DNA of 34,819 nucleotides from an uncultured Gammaproteobacteria bacterium (GTDB taxonomy: Bacteria > Pseudomonadota > Gammaproteobacteria > QNFN01): NCBI GenBank assembly GCA_965364245.1, contig CBDTVS010000001.1:1-34819 (forward strand). Reading direction: 5' to 3'. The notes below the pieces were generated by a model that was given only the letters and a program-made list of their open reading frames with translations, had not been told where the DNA came from and ran no database searches. Positions 14,774-26,400 of the stretch are shown one piece after another (the first letter of the stretch is position 1; the number at the start of each line of letters is the position of its first letter). The translations under genes and the position numbers were made by a program.

Positions 14774-17221
14774 ATGCCACTTCGGTTGAAAATCATACTG
14801 CTCGTAATCCTCCCAATTTGTGGGCTCTTCTTCCTGTTGAAGCTCTACGATTATTACCATTACGAGCGGCTCTCAGAGCGTGAGATAAAACAGAAGCTTC
14901 TGGAGCAATCGCAGAAGCACAGCAAAAGCGTTGACGCGATACTTCGTCAGGCGAGTTCTACCGCCACCAGCATGGCCGATTTCCTTTCCGTCACGGGTGG
15001 TGTCGTAAGTGAGGACGAACTCTACGAAGCATTGGAATTGAACCTGCTGAGAAATGACTTGGTGTACGGTTCCGCCGCCGCGTTTGTGCCGGGCTATTTC
15101 GAGGGGCGGAGGCGATTCAGCCCCTATGTCTACCGATCTGGATCGGCACTTCAAAGAATCGATATCGGTGCGAGCGCATACGACTACACCGAGCCCCAGT
15201 GGGAGTGGTTCGCCAAGCCTGTGGCAACCGGAAAGTTCGTCTGGAGCCGGCCCTATTTCGACGAGGGTGCCGGCAACATTCTGATGGTCACCTTCTCAGC
15301 CCCGGTTCGTGGACGTGGTGATGAGGTTATGGGCGTGGTCACCGTGGATCTGGATGTCACGAAGCTCCCCGAACTTGCGGCGATAGAGAGCACCGAAGGC
15401 GAGCATTTCATGCTCGTCGACCAATCCGGAATCATCATCTACGACTCCATAAGTGAGAATATTGGACTTGATTTCCTGGAGGTTGAGTATTTTTCCAACA
15501 TGCGATCGAGTGATCTCAAGTCGCTGCTTGGAGCTCCAGTACCTCGTCTGGCAGACATCGATTCTGTCGACCAGGGGGTCAGTTGGCTCGCCGTTTCCAA
15601 GGTTCCATCATCCGATTGGTTTTTCCTCGTATCCATGCGGGAAGAGAATGCGCTGGCAATACTTTTCTCCCAGCAGTTGAGGGTCATCGGCGTTGTTCTA
15701 TTCATATTGATGGTATTTGTCTTCGTCTCCTGGTTGCTGACGGGAAACATCATCAGGCCAATCAGAAAAATAGCTCTGGCAGCAGAGGACATCGCATCCG
15801 GAGATTATGGCGCGTCGTTGCCGCCCCCAACGAAAGATGAAATCGGCAGTCTCTCGGTTGCATTCGCTACGATGAGGGACCGGGTTCTTGAGCGTGAACA
15901 GGACCTCAGGGAGATCAACGAAACCCTGGAGCAGCGGATCGAAGAGCGGACTCGGCGACTTTCAGAAAGCGACCGTAATCTCCAGCTGACTCTCGACAAC
16001 ATGCCAGGCGCGCTCATCGTTACCGCGCCGGACCTGTCGATTCGTGTCCTTACATCCAATTTCAATGAGTACGTGAACCTACCGAAGGATTTTATCAGGG
16101 CGGGTGACAGTCACGAGAAGATCCTCCGCTACATGGCGATGAACGGATACTACGGGGAGGATGTGGACGTGGAGAAAGTGGTGCAGGAACGCATCCTCTC
16201 GATATTGAATCCGACAAGCGAGATTCTGTACGACCACATGCCCGACGGTCGGGTCAACGCAGTCACACGAAGGCGCTCGAAAGAAGGAGATGTCATCACC
16301 GTGGTCGTGGACGTGACCGAACAAAAGCAGCGTGAGACAGAGCTCGATGCTGCGAAAAGCAAGCTCGCCGAGAGAAATTCAGTTCTCGAGAATCTCTCAG
16401 GACAACTCGCAAAGTACCTGTCTCCGCAGATTTACGATGCGATATTCACCGGAAAGTCGGGCACTGACATCACAACTCAACGCAAGAAGCTGACGGTTTT
16501 CTTTTCCGATATCAAGGATTTCACATCAACGACGGAAGAGCTGGAACCTGAAGACATGACGTTCCTTCTCAACGACTACCTCACCAAAATGACCGATATC
16601 GCACTAGAGCATGGTGGGACGATCGACAAGTACAACGGCGATGCGATCATGGTGTTTTTCGGCGACCCCGACACGCGTGGCGTCAAGGAGGATGCCGTTG
16701 CAGCGGTCAACATGGCCATAGCGATGCAGCGGCGCATGGTGGACTTACGGGCGAAATGGACGGACATGGGCTACAGGACGCCCTTTCATATCCGCTGCGG
16801 GATCAACACCGGCTACTGCAATGTCGGTAATTTCGGCTCAGAACAAAGAATCGACTACACGATTATCGGCGGCCAGGTGAACCTAGCTGCTCGCCTGGAA
16901 TCAATTTGCGAACCGGACGGAATCACTATCGCTTACGAAACCTACACCCTCGTCAGAGATACGGTCGATGCGGAGCAGATCGAATCGATTCAGGTCAAGG
17001 GCATCAGGGATCCCGTGCAGCCCTACAAGATTTTGGGTGTCATGGAAAATTGGGACGCCTCCGAGCGCTACATCCGCAGCAACGACGTCACGGGGATGCG
17101 TCTTTGGGTCGATGTTACAAGGATATCGCCCAAGCAGCGCGATGCTTCGATTAAGCGTCTGGAAAGCGCCATCGAACGACTCAAGAATCTGGACATCGAG
17201 GCTGACGAAGGGAGCGCCTAG
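14774..17221 (+). CDS. Membrane sensor class III adenylate cyclase (TM - Cache-like periplasmic domain - TM - HAMP - coiled coil - PAS-like - CYCc)
   Basis: 815 aa. There is an N-terminal TM and a second TM, VIGVVLFILMVFVFVSWLL. HAMP: IRPIRKIALAAEDIASGDY...DEIGSLSVAFATM. Cyclase core: LTVFFSDIKDFTS, IDKYNGDAIMVFFG, DYTIIGGQVNLAARLES. The Lys (KYNGD) and Asp (DYT) at the specificity positions favour ATP. Confidence 0.9.
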   Translation: MPLRLKIILLVILPICGLFFLLKLYDYYHYERLSEREIKQKLLEQSQKHSKSVDAILRQASSTATSMADFLSVTGGVVSEDELYEALELNLLRNDLVYGSAAAFVPGYFEGRRRFSPYVYRSGSALQRIDIGASAYDYTEPQWEWFAKPVATGKFVWSRPYFDEGAGNILMVTFSAPVRGRGDEVMGVVTVDLDVTKLPELAAIESTEGEHFMLVDQSGIIIYDSISENIGLDFLEVEYFSNMRSSDLKSLLGAPVPRLADIDSVDQGVSWLAVSKVPSSDWFFLVSMREENALAILFSQQLRVIGVVLFILMVFVFVSWLLTGNIIRPIRKIALAAEDIASGDYGASLPPPTKDEIGSLSVAFATMRDRVLEREQDLREINETLEQRIEERTRRLSESDRNLQLTLDNMPGALIVTAPDLSIRVLTSNFNEYVNLPKDFIRAGDSHEKILRYMAMNGYYGEDVDVEKVVQERILSILNPTSEILYDHMPDGRVNAVTRRRSKEGDVITVVVDVTEQKQRETELDAAKSKLAERNSVLENLSGQLAKYLSPQIYDAIFTGKSGTDITTQRKKLTVFFSDIKDFTSTTEELEPEDMTFLLNDYLTKMTDIALEHGGTIDKYNGDAIMVFFGDPDTRGVKEDAVAAVNMAIAMQRRMVDLRAKWTDMGYRTPFHIRCGINTGYCNVGNFGSEQRIDYTIIGGQVNLAARLESICEPDGITIAYETYTLVRDTVDAEQIESIQVKGIRDPVQPYKILGVMENWDASERYIRSNDVTGMRLWVDVTRISPKQRDASIKRLESAIERLKNLDIEADEGSA

Positions 17222-17318
17222 TGATGGATGCATCGTTGCGTGATGTATCTATTTGGCTATAGAGATCAGTCCATCAGGTATTTAGAGTGGTGATTGAGAG
17301 GGACGGTTTAGTACTAAC

Positions 17319-17359
17319 GGCAGAGTTCTGCCCTTAGTTGGATACCAATTGACGGTATC
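17319..17359. terminator. Two short hairpins in the AT-rich 220-bp convergent spacer between the cyclase and the giant adhesin gene; weak bidirectional terminator candidates
   Basis: ggcag-agtt-ctgcc at 17319-17332 and gatacc-aattgac-ggtatc at 17341-17359. Stems are only 5-6 bp and there is no clear U-tract. Confidence 0.2.
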
Positions 17360-17441
17360 GCAAAAGCATGGAGGTTTCGATTTGTTGTTTGCGTATATCC
17401 TCACCTCACGATGGGCCCTAATTAATACGCTAGAGCAAGTG

Positions 17442-20400
17442 TTAGACGCCATGATGTTGCGGATCGTCTAGCAGTGAAGGATCAGCCACATCGCCCCCCG
17501 TATCTAAACCCTCATCGATCATATCTTCGGGAGATGTTGGCGCCGGTTGGGTATCGGGGACATCGACAAGTGTAGGGTCGGGAGAAGTGACCGATTCGAC
17601 CTGCTGCAAATCAGTAGGCTCTACGCCTGCCGCCACGAGATAGTCGGCCAGCGGGGAAGGCACGGCCCCATCCGCTGCAGCTGGTGAGTCGCCCTGCTGA
17701 GTTGTGTCCGCGAACTGCATGTAATCGTCAACGGCGTGATCGGAATCCGTACCCGAGCCCGTGGCGACCATGGTGTCGTCGTAGCTGGTATCGTGCACTT
17801 CCTGGGAGGTGTCGTCCGTGGGTGGCGAGAGATCGCCCACGGCGCCGGCCTGGTCGTCTGGCGCCGGTTCGCCCGTGTAGGCGGTGAACATCATGTCCGG
17901 GTGTTCCACGCCGACGACGCTGCCGTCGTCTATCGGCAGCAGTTCGCCGACACTGGCCGATCGGCCGTCGGGCGCGATGGTCACCTCCTGCTGCGCAAGT
18001 GCGAAGTAACCGCTCGGCAACGACGCGATGGCCACCAGTGGCGTTGCCCCATCGGGCAGCGCATGGCCGGTCGCGTCGAGGGTCCAGTGGCCGTCGGCGT
18101 CGGCAGTGGTCGTGCCGAGCTCCAGGTGGCTTGAGTCCATGGTCTGCACCTTGACCGTCGCGCCCGGTGCCGAGCTGCCGCTGATCAGGATCGTCGGGTC
18201 GCTAGTCGTGAAATCGGCCTGTGTGCCGGTATCCGGTGTGATGCCGGTGATACGCACGCCAGGAGCAACCTCGATGATCGCCGTTGCATCGACAACGTGA
18301 CCTTTGCCGTCGGTCAGCTGGTAGCTGATTGCCCGTACGCCCTGCACGCCATGCGCGGGGGTGAAGACGAAGCCACCGTGCCCGTCGTCGGTGACCTGCC
18401 CGTAGCGCGAGGAGAAGGAACCCGCGACGACGCTGAGGGCGTCGCCATCGGCGTCGGACGCGCCGCTCAGCAGCTTGTCCATCGAAAGCTTTGTGCCAGT
18501 CTCCTCGACCGCGACACCAAGATTGACCAAGCTCGAGGCGACCGGTGCGTGGTCTGGGTGGAGGACGTCGACTGTCGCGAAGGTGTCGACCGTGTGGCGG
18601 CCGTCGGTGAGCTGGTAGGCGATGTGCACGTCGTCGCCGCTGAAGCCGGGCTCCGGGTGGAACACGAAGCCAGACTGGGCGTCGCCGGTGATGGTGCCGT
18701 GCGGCGAACTCAGCGACCCCGGAACCAGGGTCAACGCGTCGCCGTCAGCATCGGTCGCGCCGGCCAGCAGTGTGTTGATGTCGAGCGGTAGCGGCGCGCC
18801 GGCCTCCACCTCACCAAGGTCGGTGTCAGACGCCGCGATCGGTACCGTGTCGACGACGAAGCTAGGGGAGGTGAGGTGGGCGCCGGTGGTCTGGCCGCGC
18901 ATCTGTCCGCCGACGTTGAACACGATGTAGAGCTCCTTGCCCTGCAGGTTCAGCAGATCGTTTTCGTCGAATGTCACCTCGAAGTGGCCGTTCGCCTCCA
19001 TTTGCACCTGGCCGCCGCCGGCCATGCCGCTGCCCTCACTTACCATGACTGCGGAGGTCAGCTGCAGCTGGCTCAGCTCGGGGCCGGTCACCTGGCCAAC
19101 GGCAACCAGCCCATGGCCGAGACGCGCGGCATCGAGGTCGCCGAGATCGGCGATCGGGTGAGTGTGCGCGGTGTCATCGGCGTAGTAGTAGCTGACGCCC
19201 TCGATCGCCATACGCGCCGGCGGGGTGATATCGAGTGTGGCGTCGGCCGTGACGCTCGTGGTGCCGTCCGTGACCGTGACTTTCACCGGAATGTCGTCGT
19301 GGGTCACGCCAGAAACCGGGGTCAAGGCCCAGCTGTCACCCGTATGGGTGATCACGCCGTACTGCGGATCGACCCAGACGCTGCTGATCGCTAGCTGGTC
19401 GGCCGCGGTGTCGACGTCGGTCGCATGCACGGTCTGCAGCAGTTCTGCGCTGGTGAAGGTCCTGGTCAGACCCTGTTCGACCGTGCCGAGGTCGCCTGCC
19501 TGGACGTTTGGCGCATCGTCGGTCCCGGCGATAGTCACGTGAAGCTGGTGGGCGGTGCCGTCGGCGCTGTTTACTGTGATGGTGTCGGTGAGTGTTTCGC
19601 CTGCGGCGAGTGCGTCGACCGCCTGATGGCTGTCGTCGAGTCGGTAGACCCAGGTCCCACCGACACTGATCGAGAAGTGACCGTAACCCTGGTCGCTCTG
19701 CGCGTTGAACAGCGGTGTGAACAGCTCCTCGTTGCTGCCGTCGAGGTCGCTGATGCCGAGGCGGCCGGTCGCTAGTCCGCTGACGTCCTCGGTGACGGTC
19801 TCATGGCTGGTGTCTGTGATCACCGCCGCGTGGCTGACCGCGACGGTGTCGAAGTCGGCATGGGTCGCGACCCGCGCGCCCTGCGGATCGACGACGTCAT
19901 AGGTTAGACGCACCGGACCCTCGTAGCCCGCCTCGGGAGTGTAGAGGTAACCACCGGCCGGGTCGGCGGTGACGGTGCCGTGAGAGACCTCCAGGTTCTG
20001 CGCGCTGTGGCCCATCGAGAGCAGCGCGCGCGCCACCTGGGTCGAGGGGCCAGTGCTGACCGAGGCGAGGTTCTCGACTGAGAGCGCGTCACCGTCGGGG
20101 TCGGATGCATGCGCCAGGAGTTGCGCCTCGCTGATGTGCAGCGGCATCGCCGCGTCGGCATCGGTCAGCGTGACGGGAGCGCTGACCACCGGCGCGTCGT
20201 TGGTCCCGGTGACGGTTACGACCAGGTGCGCGGTAGCGGTGTTGCCCGCCGCGTCGGTGATCTCGTAGGTGAATCGTTCCTGGTGTGACTCGCCGGCCGC
20301 GAGCACCTGTGCGCGGGCGTCGAGGGTGTATGTATAGCCACCGTCGGCTTGCAGCGCGAGGGTGCCGTAGGCGCCCTGCTGGTCAGCGGTGGAGGTCACC

Positions 20401-23400
20401 GTCGCGCCGGCCTCGTCGTTAGCGAGCACGTTGCCGGTGACGGGACCTGCCTGGTCCTCGGTGGCCGAGGCGCGGTCGTCCACGGCGACCGCCTTGTCAT
20501 CGAGGGCCTGTAGTGCATCCGCCTGGCCGGGCACCTCCACCATCGCCTGGCCGGCGTGGTTGACCGCCACCTTCAGCGTGAGGTCGGCCAGATCACCGAA
20601 TGAGTCCATGTTCATGACGTGGACCGGGAAGCTCTCTTCGGCGGGCGAGCCCGCCGGAATCTGTGCGGCTTTGGATGGGTCGACCACGTAGTTCCAAGTG
20701 CCGGTCAGCTCGTCGACGGTCAGGGTGCCGTACTTACCCTCGACGACCGACTGATCGCTGCCCCGCTCGAGGTCGTTGTAGTCGGCGACGAAGTTGAAGG
20801 TGTCGTGTGCGTTGTCCGGGTCGACTGCCTGCAAGTGACCACCGACCACAGCTGCGGGGCCACGCGTGCTGGTGCCGGCCACATCAACTAGCTGCAGTGG
20901 GTCGTTGTGTCCATGGATGATCACGGTGAGATCACGGTTGGCGCCGTCCTCGGTACGTACCGTGAAACGCTCTTCGTAAGGGCCGCCGGCGAGCTCCTGG
21001 GCCCGGTCGGTGTCGAGGGCGTAGGTCCAGGTGCCCTGCGCGTCGATCTGGAAGTGACCGTAGTGGCCGTCCTGACCTTCAGCGACGAAGGCGGGTGGCG
21101 TGCCCTTGTTGGTGTCGATGTCGAAGTCGCCGGTCAGCGTCGACGTGCTGTCCTCGTCGGTCAGCGCCAGAGGCGATCCTGTGATGACCGTGTAGCTTGC
21201 CCCGCTCGGATCGACGGTCACGGTTGCGGGGGCGCTGGCCGCGCTGTCGCCGGTGACCGGGTCGGTAGCGACGGCGGCGACCTGCAGGTGGAGCACCCCG
21301 GAGTGGAGCACCTGGAGACCCTGTGCCTCAGCCTCGGTCACGGTCCACGAGCCGTCGGCGTTGCGCGTGCCGGACGAGAGCTCAGCCTGTTCCAGCCCGG
21401 TGATGCGCCAGGCGAGCTGCTGATTGGTGTCGGCGCTGTCGCCTACGGCGGCGGAGAGGGTGAGCGGCGTCTCGAAGCGCAGCAGCTCGGCCTCGACGCG
21501 CTCCACACCGACGTTGGTCGAGAACTGCGTCGTGCCGCCGGAACGCGTGGCTTCCGGGGCCGGTGCCTCGGCGTGCAGCGCGACGAAGGCGAATGGGTTC
21601 TGCGTCTCGATCGGTAGCGCCTGGACGGCGGCGCCCTGGCCGGTGGACTCGAGCACGCCGTGGTCGACCGGCGTGCCGTCGGCGGCGTAGGCGGTCCACG
21701 TGAGCTTGTCCCCATGGCCGCTGAGGCCGTTGAGCAGCAGCACGGCGCTCTTCGACACGCCCTGGAGTTCGATGACCAGCGTCTCGCCGGGCTGGTCGCC
21801 CTTGTCCTGGCCCTGGATGATCTGTGAGTCAATGGAGTCCTGCTCGGGTGCGGTCCCCTGGGCAACCGCCGGCCGCGCTGCATCTACGCCGAAGGTGTCA
21901 CCATGGGCGTTGGTGCCGAGACGGGCCGTTTCGAGCGCCGGCAGCTGCAGGTTGCCGTTCGCGTCCTCGAACGCTTCGCCGAAGCCGAGGGCGTGCATGA
22001 CGAAGCCGGTCGATTGCACGCTGCCAACAGTGGCGTGCGCCTCGGCGTGGCCGGCGGCAGCCTGCGTCGCCCCCGTGGAGACAGAGAGCGACGGTGCGTC
22101 CATGCTGCCGTGGATTGTGACCGTCAGGGTGTGCGTGGTGCCGTCGAGGCTGCGCACCTCGGCGGTTTCGACCAGCGTCTGGCCCGGACCGAGAGCCTGG
22201 ATGGCCGGGTTGTTCGCATCGGCCGTGTAGAACCAGTCGCCACCGGCGGTGATGCCGAAGGTGCCCAGGCCGCTGCTGCCGTCGATCTGCAGGTCATCGA
22301 CGAACCGGTCCTCTCCGCTATCGACGTCGCTTATCGCGAGCTTGCCGGCGAGGCTTAGGTGACCCATCCTGGTGTCGTCTTCGTCCACCGAGAGGGTATC
22401 GACACCCGCGATCTGCGCGACGTCGCCGGTGCCGGCAATGTTGATGGTGACCACCTGGGGCGTGCCGTCGACGCTGCCGACGGTGATGCGCTCCACAAGA
22501 TTCTGACCTTCGGCCAGTGACTGCACATCGGGATGGTCGTTGGCGAGCGTGAAGGTCCAGGCACCCTGCGCGTCGAGGGTGAAGTGGCCGTGCGGGGTGT
22601 CACGGTCGATCGGCACGAAGGCCGATTCGCCGACGTTAGGGTCGGACACCGACATTCGGCCAGAGGTGCTGATGTCAGTATCTTCTTTGACCACGCCAAC
22701 CGTGACGCCCCCGAAGATGGCCGGGGTGTTGCCGCCCTTGATCTGCAACACGATGTCGTGGCTGGTGCCGTCTGCGGTTTCCACCCGGAAGCTCTCCGGG
22801 ACCTGTTCGCTGTCGGCGAGCCGGGCAAGGGCCGGCTGGGAGGCGTCTGCCGAGTAGCTCCAATGGCCGTCGGGATCGATGTTCAGGAATCCGTAAGCGC
22901 CCTTGATTACCCCGGCCTGGAAGAATGACTCACCATGGTCCGGATCCATGATCATCAACTGGCCGTCAACATGCACTCTGCCGTCCTTGCTGCCCGCCAC
23001 CGAGCCCATGGCGTGGTCGATCCCGCCGATAAGCGGCACGTCGTTGGTGCCAACGATGGTGATCGTGAGCGACCCCTGAGCGGTGGCACCCTGGCTGTCA
23101 GTGACCATCACCGGCACTGCGAGGCGGGTGGTTTCGCTCTCCTGCAGGCGGGCGTAGGCTGGGTTGGAGGCGTCGAAGGTGTAGCTGCCATCGGCGTGCA
23201 GGGTCAGGCCGGGCACCGTAAAGGGTGTCTCAAAGCGCAACGTGTCGCCGGGGTCAGCGTCGCTCGCGCGCAGGTGACCGGAGACGGTGCTGCCTTCCTC
23301 GACCTGGGCGTAGTTGCCGGGATCTGACACCGGCGGCGGGGCGACGCTACCGGAGCCTGGCAGGGGCGGTGCGGGTGGTACTGCACCCGGGGCGAATACC

Positions 23401-26400
23401 GGTGCGTCGTTTTGTGCGGTGATGTCGAACGTGGCGTGGGCCTCGGTCGACAGGCTGCCATCGCTGACGGTGATACGTACCGGGATCGCGTCACCCGAGA
23501 CGTCCTTCTCGGGAACGAACAGCCAGCGACCGTTGGCCAGCGCGTGGAATTCCCCGTAGGCGCTGTCGATGTCGACGCCGGTGACGAGCAGGTTGTCGCC
23601 CTCCGCATCGGTGGCGCCCACCAGGCGCAGCAAGTCTTCCTGTGTGAAGCTGCGCGCCATGTCCTCGAGTGTGGCGCCGAGGTCGGCCGGGGTACCGGCC
23701 GTGGCCGTGACTACCGGGGCGTCGTTGGTGCCAGTCAGGGTGACCACCGCGACCTGCTCGACCGACTCGGCCGTCCCGGCGACCGTCTCGCCAAGGGAAT
23801 ACTTGATGAACACCTCTGCCTTGTCGCCTGCCGCGAGGTGGTCGAAACCTGCGGCCGAGGGATCGACATGCAGGGTGTGGCCATCGGCGTTCAGCGCGAA
23901 GCCGTCCGGCACCCGAGAAGAGAAGTGGACGCCGTCGGTCGAGTAGAGCAGGGGGCCAACACTCAGGCCATCGACGCCCTCGCGCAGGTCGATCGCGCCC
24001 GCCTGGCCGTCCTCTGTCAGGTCCTGCGTCAACTGACCCTGGTCGATGATCTCGGTGCCGGTGTGCAGCGTGTGGCCGAACTTGTCGGTCGTGGTCACCT
24101 TGACCTGCCAGTCGTGATCGCCGCTGACCCGGTCCATCTGGGTGTGGTCGAGGGTCGCCGTCCAGCCGCCGCCGCTGGCCGTGGTTGCCAGGTCGTAGAC
24201 GATCGACGCGTCGTTGCGATCGACCAGGTGCAGATGCACCTGGGTGCCGTCGGGCACGCCGGTGGCGGTGCCCTGCACCGTGACGTCACCGGAGGTGATT
24301 TCGTAAGCCTCGGCGGCCCATTTGCTGCCACCGCCTCCGGGGTGATTGGCCCCATGCACCGGGTGGCCACCGCGCGTTTCGATTCGCACCTCGAGTGCAT
24401 TGTCGATTCGGTCGATCGACAGCTCGGAATGGGTTTGGGTATCGATGCTGGTCTGTGCCGGGGCGCTGGCCGGCGACGGGTTGCCGGCGGCGTCGGTGGC
24501 GAACGCGCGGAAGGTGTGGTCGCCGTCCGCGAGGTCGGTGGCCGGCGTGAAGGTAAAGGTCCCGGCGGCGGTCGCCGTGGCGGTGCCGAGCACCTGGCCG
24601 TGGTCGGTGATGGTAACGATGGCGCCCGGCTCGGCGACGCCCTGCAGCGTCGGCGTGGCGTCGGGCAGGTTGGCGGCGAGCGTGCTGAGCGTCGGGCGCA
24701 CCGGCGCGACGTCGTCGACCACCTCGAGCTGGAAGTCCTGGTGAACGCTCGCGCCGTCGGTGTCGGTGGCCTCGATGCGCAGGTTGAGCGCGCCGACATT
24801 GGCGTGGCCAGGATCGCCGCTGAAGGTCTGCGTGTCGGGGTCGAAATGGAGCCATGTGGGCAGCGGGCTGCCGTCGGCGAGGGTTGCTGCGTAGGTCAGC
24901 GTGCCGCCCTCGGCGTCGGTGAAGGTGCCGGCCGGGACACGTGCCTGAAGGTGGTCGCCCTCGCCGATGCGGAAGTTGGGGATCGCGGTGGCGACCGGAC
25001 GGTCGTTGGTGCCCTGCACCGTCACGACGACCTCGTGGGTGGTGCCGTCGGTGGTCACCACGGTGATGCGGTCGGTTTCGCTTTCGCCCGTGCCGAGGGA
25101 CTGAACGGCGGGTCGGTCGTTGTCGAGTACGTACACCCAGCTGCCGTTGGCATCGAGGTGCAGGGTGCCGAAGGTTCCGGCGTAGTCGTCGGCGCGGAAG
25201 GCGTCCTCGCCGGTGTCGGCGTCGCTGACGGTCAGCGTGCCGCGCGCGGTCGTGGCGGTGTCCTCGGTGACGGTGGCGCTGTCCGTGCCGCCGATCACTG
25301 CACGGTCGTTCGTGCCGACGATGTCGACAGTGACGGTGTGCTCGGTCCCGTCGAGGCTGGTGACCTTGAACGGGATACTCAGCTGGTCGCCGTCGCCCAG
25401 GGCCTGGATCGCTGGGTCGTCGCCATGAGCCATGAAGGTCCAGCGCCCGCTGGGGGTGAGGACAAGCACGCTTTGGTGAGGGCCGTGGATGTTCTGCGCC
25501 GCGAATCCGGCTTCGTCGGTGTCGATGTCGGACACGCTGAGCTGGCCGTGCGCGACGAGGTCATTTGACAGGGACTGGCTGAAGTCGTCCTCGTCGATGG
25601 CGGCGTGGTCCACGCCAGCGATGTGCGCGGCATCGTTGGTGCCGTGGATGGTCAGCGTGAGTATCTGCTCGGTGCCGTCGACGGTCCGCACCGTGAGCTG
25701 CTCGGTGACGCGGTCGCCCTCGCCCAGCGCCTGGACCGAGGCCAGGCCGTTGTCGAGCGCGTAGTTCCAGTGGCCGGCGGCATCGATGTGGAGCGTGCCG
25801 TAGCTGCCCGCGACGTCGCCGGCTTGGAAGTGCGCCTCGTCGCGGTCGACGTCGGCGACCGTCAGCGTGCCTCGCGCGGTGGTTGCGCTCTCCTCGGTGA
25901 CGTCGCCGCTGCGGGCGCCGCCGATCACGGCCGCGTCGTTGGCGCCCTCGATGGTGACCGTCAGCGTCTGCCGGGTGCCGTCTAGCGTGGTCACAACCAG
26001 CTGGTCGGTCACCCGCTCGCCTGCCGCGAGCTGTTGGATCGCAGGGTTGCTGTTGTCGGCGATGTAGCTCCAGCGGCCGTCGCTGTCGATGGTGAAGTGG
26101 CCGTAGCCGCCGCTGCCCTCGACGTCGGTCTGCACCTGAAAGCTGCTCTCGCCGAAATCAACGTCACTGACATTTAGGCGACCGCTGTAGGCGAGCTGGC
26201 CCGGGTGGGCTTCGCGGTCCTCCCACAGAACTGCGCCGTCATCGCCGGTGACGGTCGGACGGTCGTCGGTCCCGTTGATATGCACGACGATGTCGTGGGC
26301 GGTGCCGTCGGCGGTGCGCACGGTGAGGGTGTCGGTGGTGAAGTCGCCGTCCCCGAGTTCCTGCACTTCGGGGTTGGAGTTGTCGAGGGTGTAGGTCCAG

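Noticed and set aside
24300-24345. A Gly run (HPGGGGSKW) in the adhesin, considered as a possible RTX/Ca-binding repeat.
   Set aside because: It is a single occurrence with no tandem GGxGxD nonapeptides around it and is far from the C-terminus.
23412-25568. Very long ORFs antisense to, or out of frame with, the giant adhesin gene. Examples are 23412..25568 (718 aa), 26205..27656, 27678..29258 and 29553..30425.
   Set aside because: Their products are Gly/Arg/Val/Ala/Asp-rich with no motifs. They lie entirely inside a 14.5-kb ORF whose product has clear repeat-domain structure. Long spurious ORFs are expected at this GC content.
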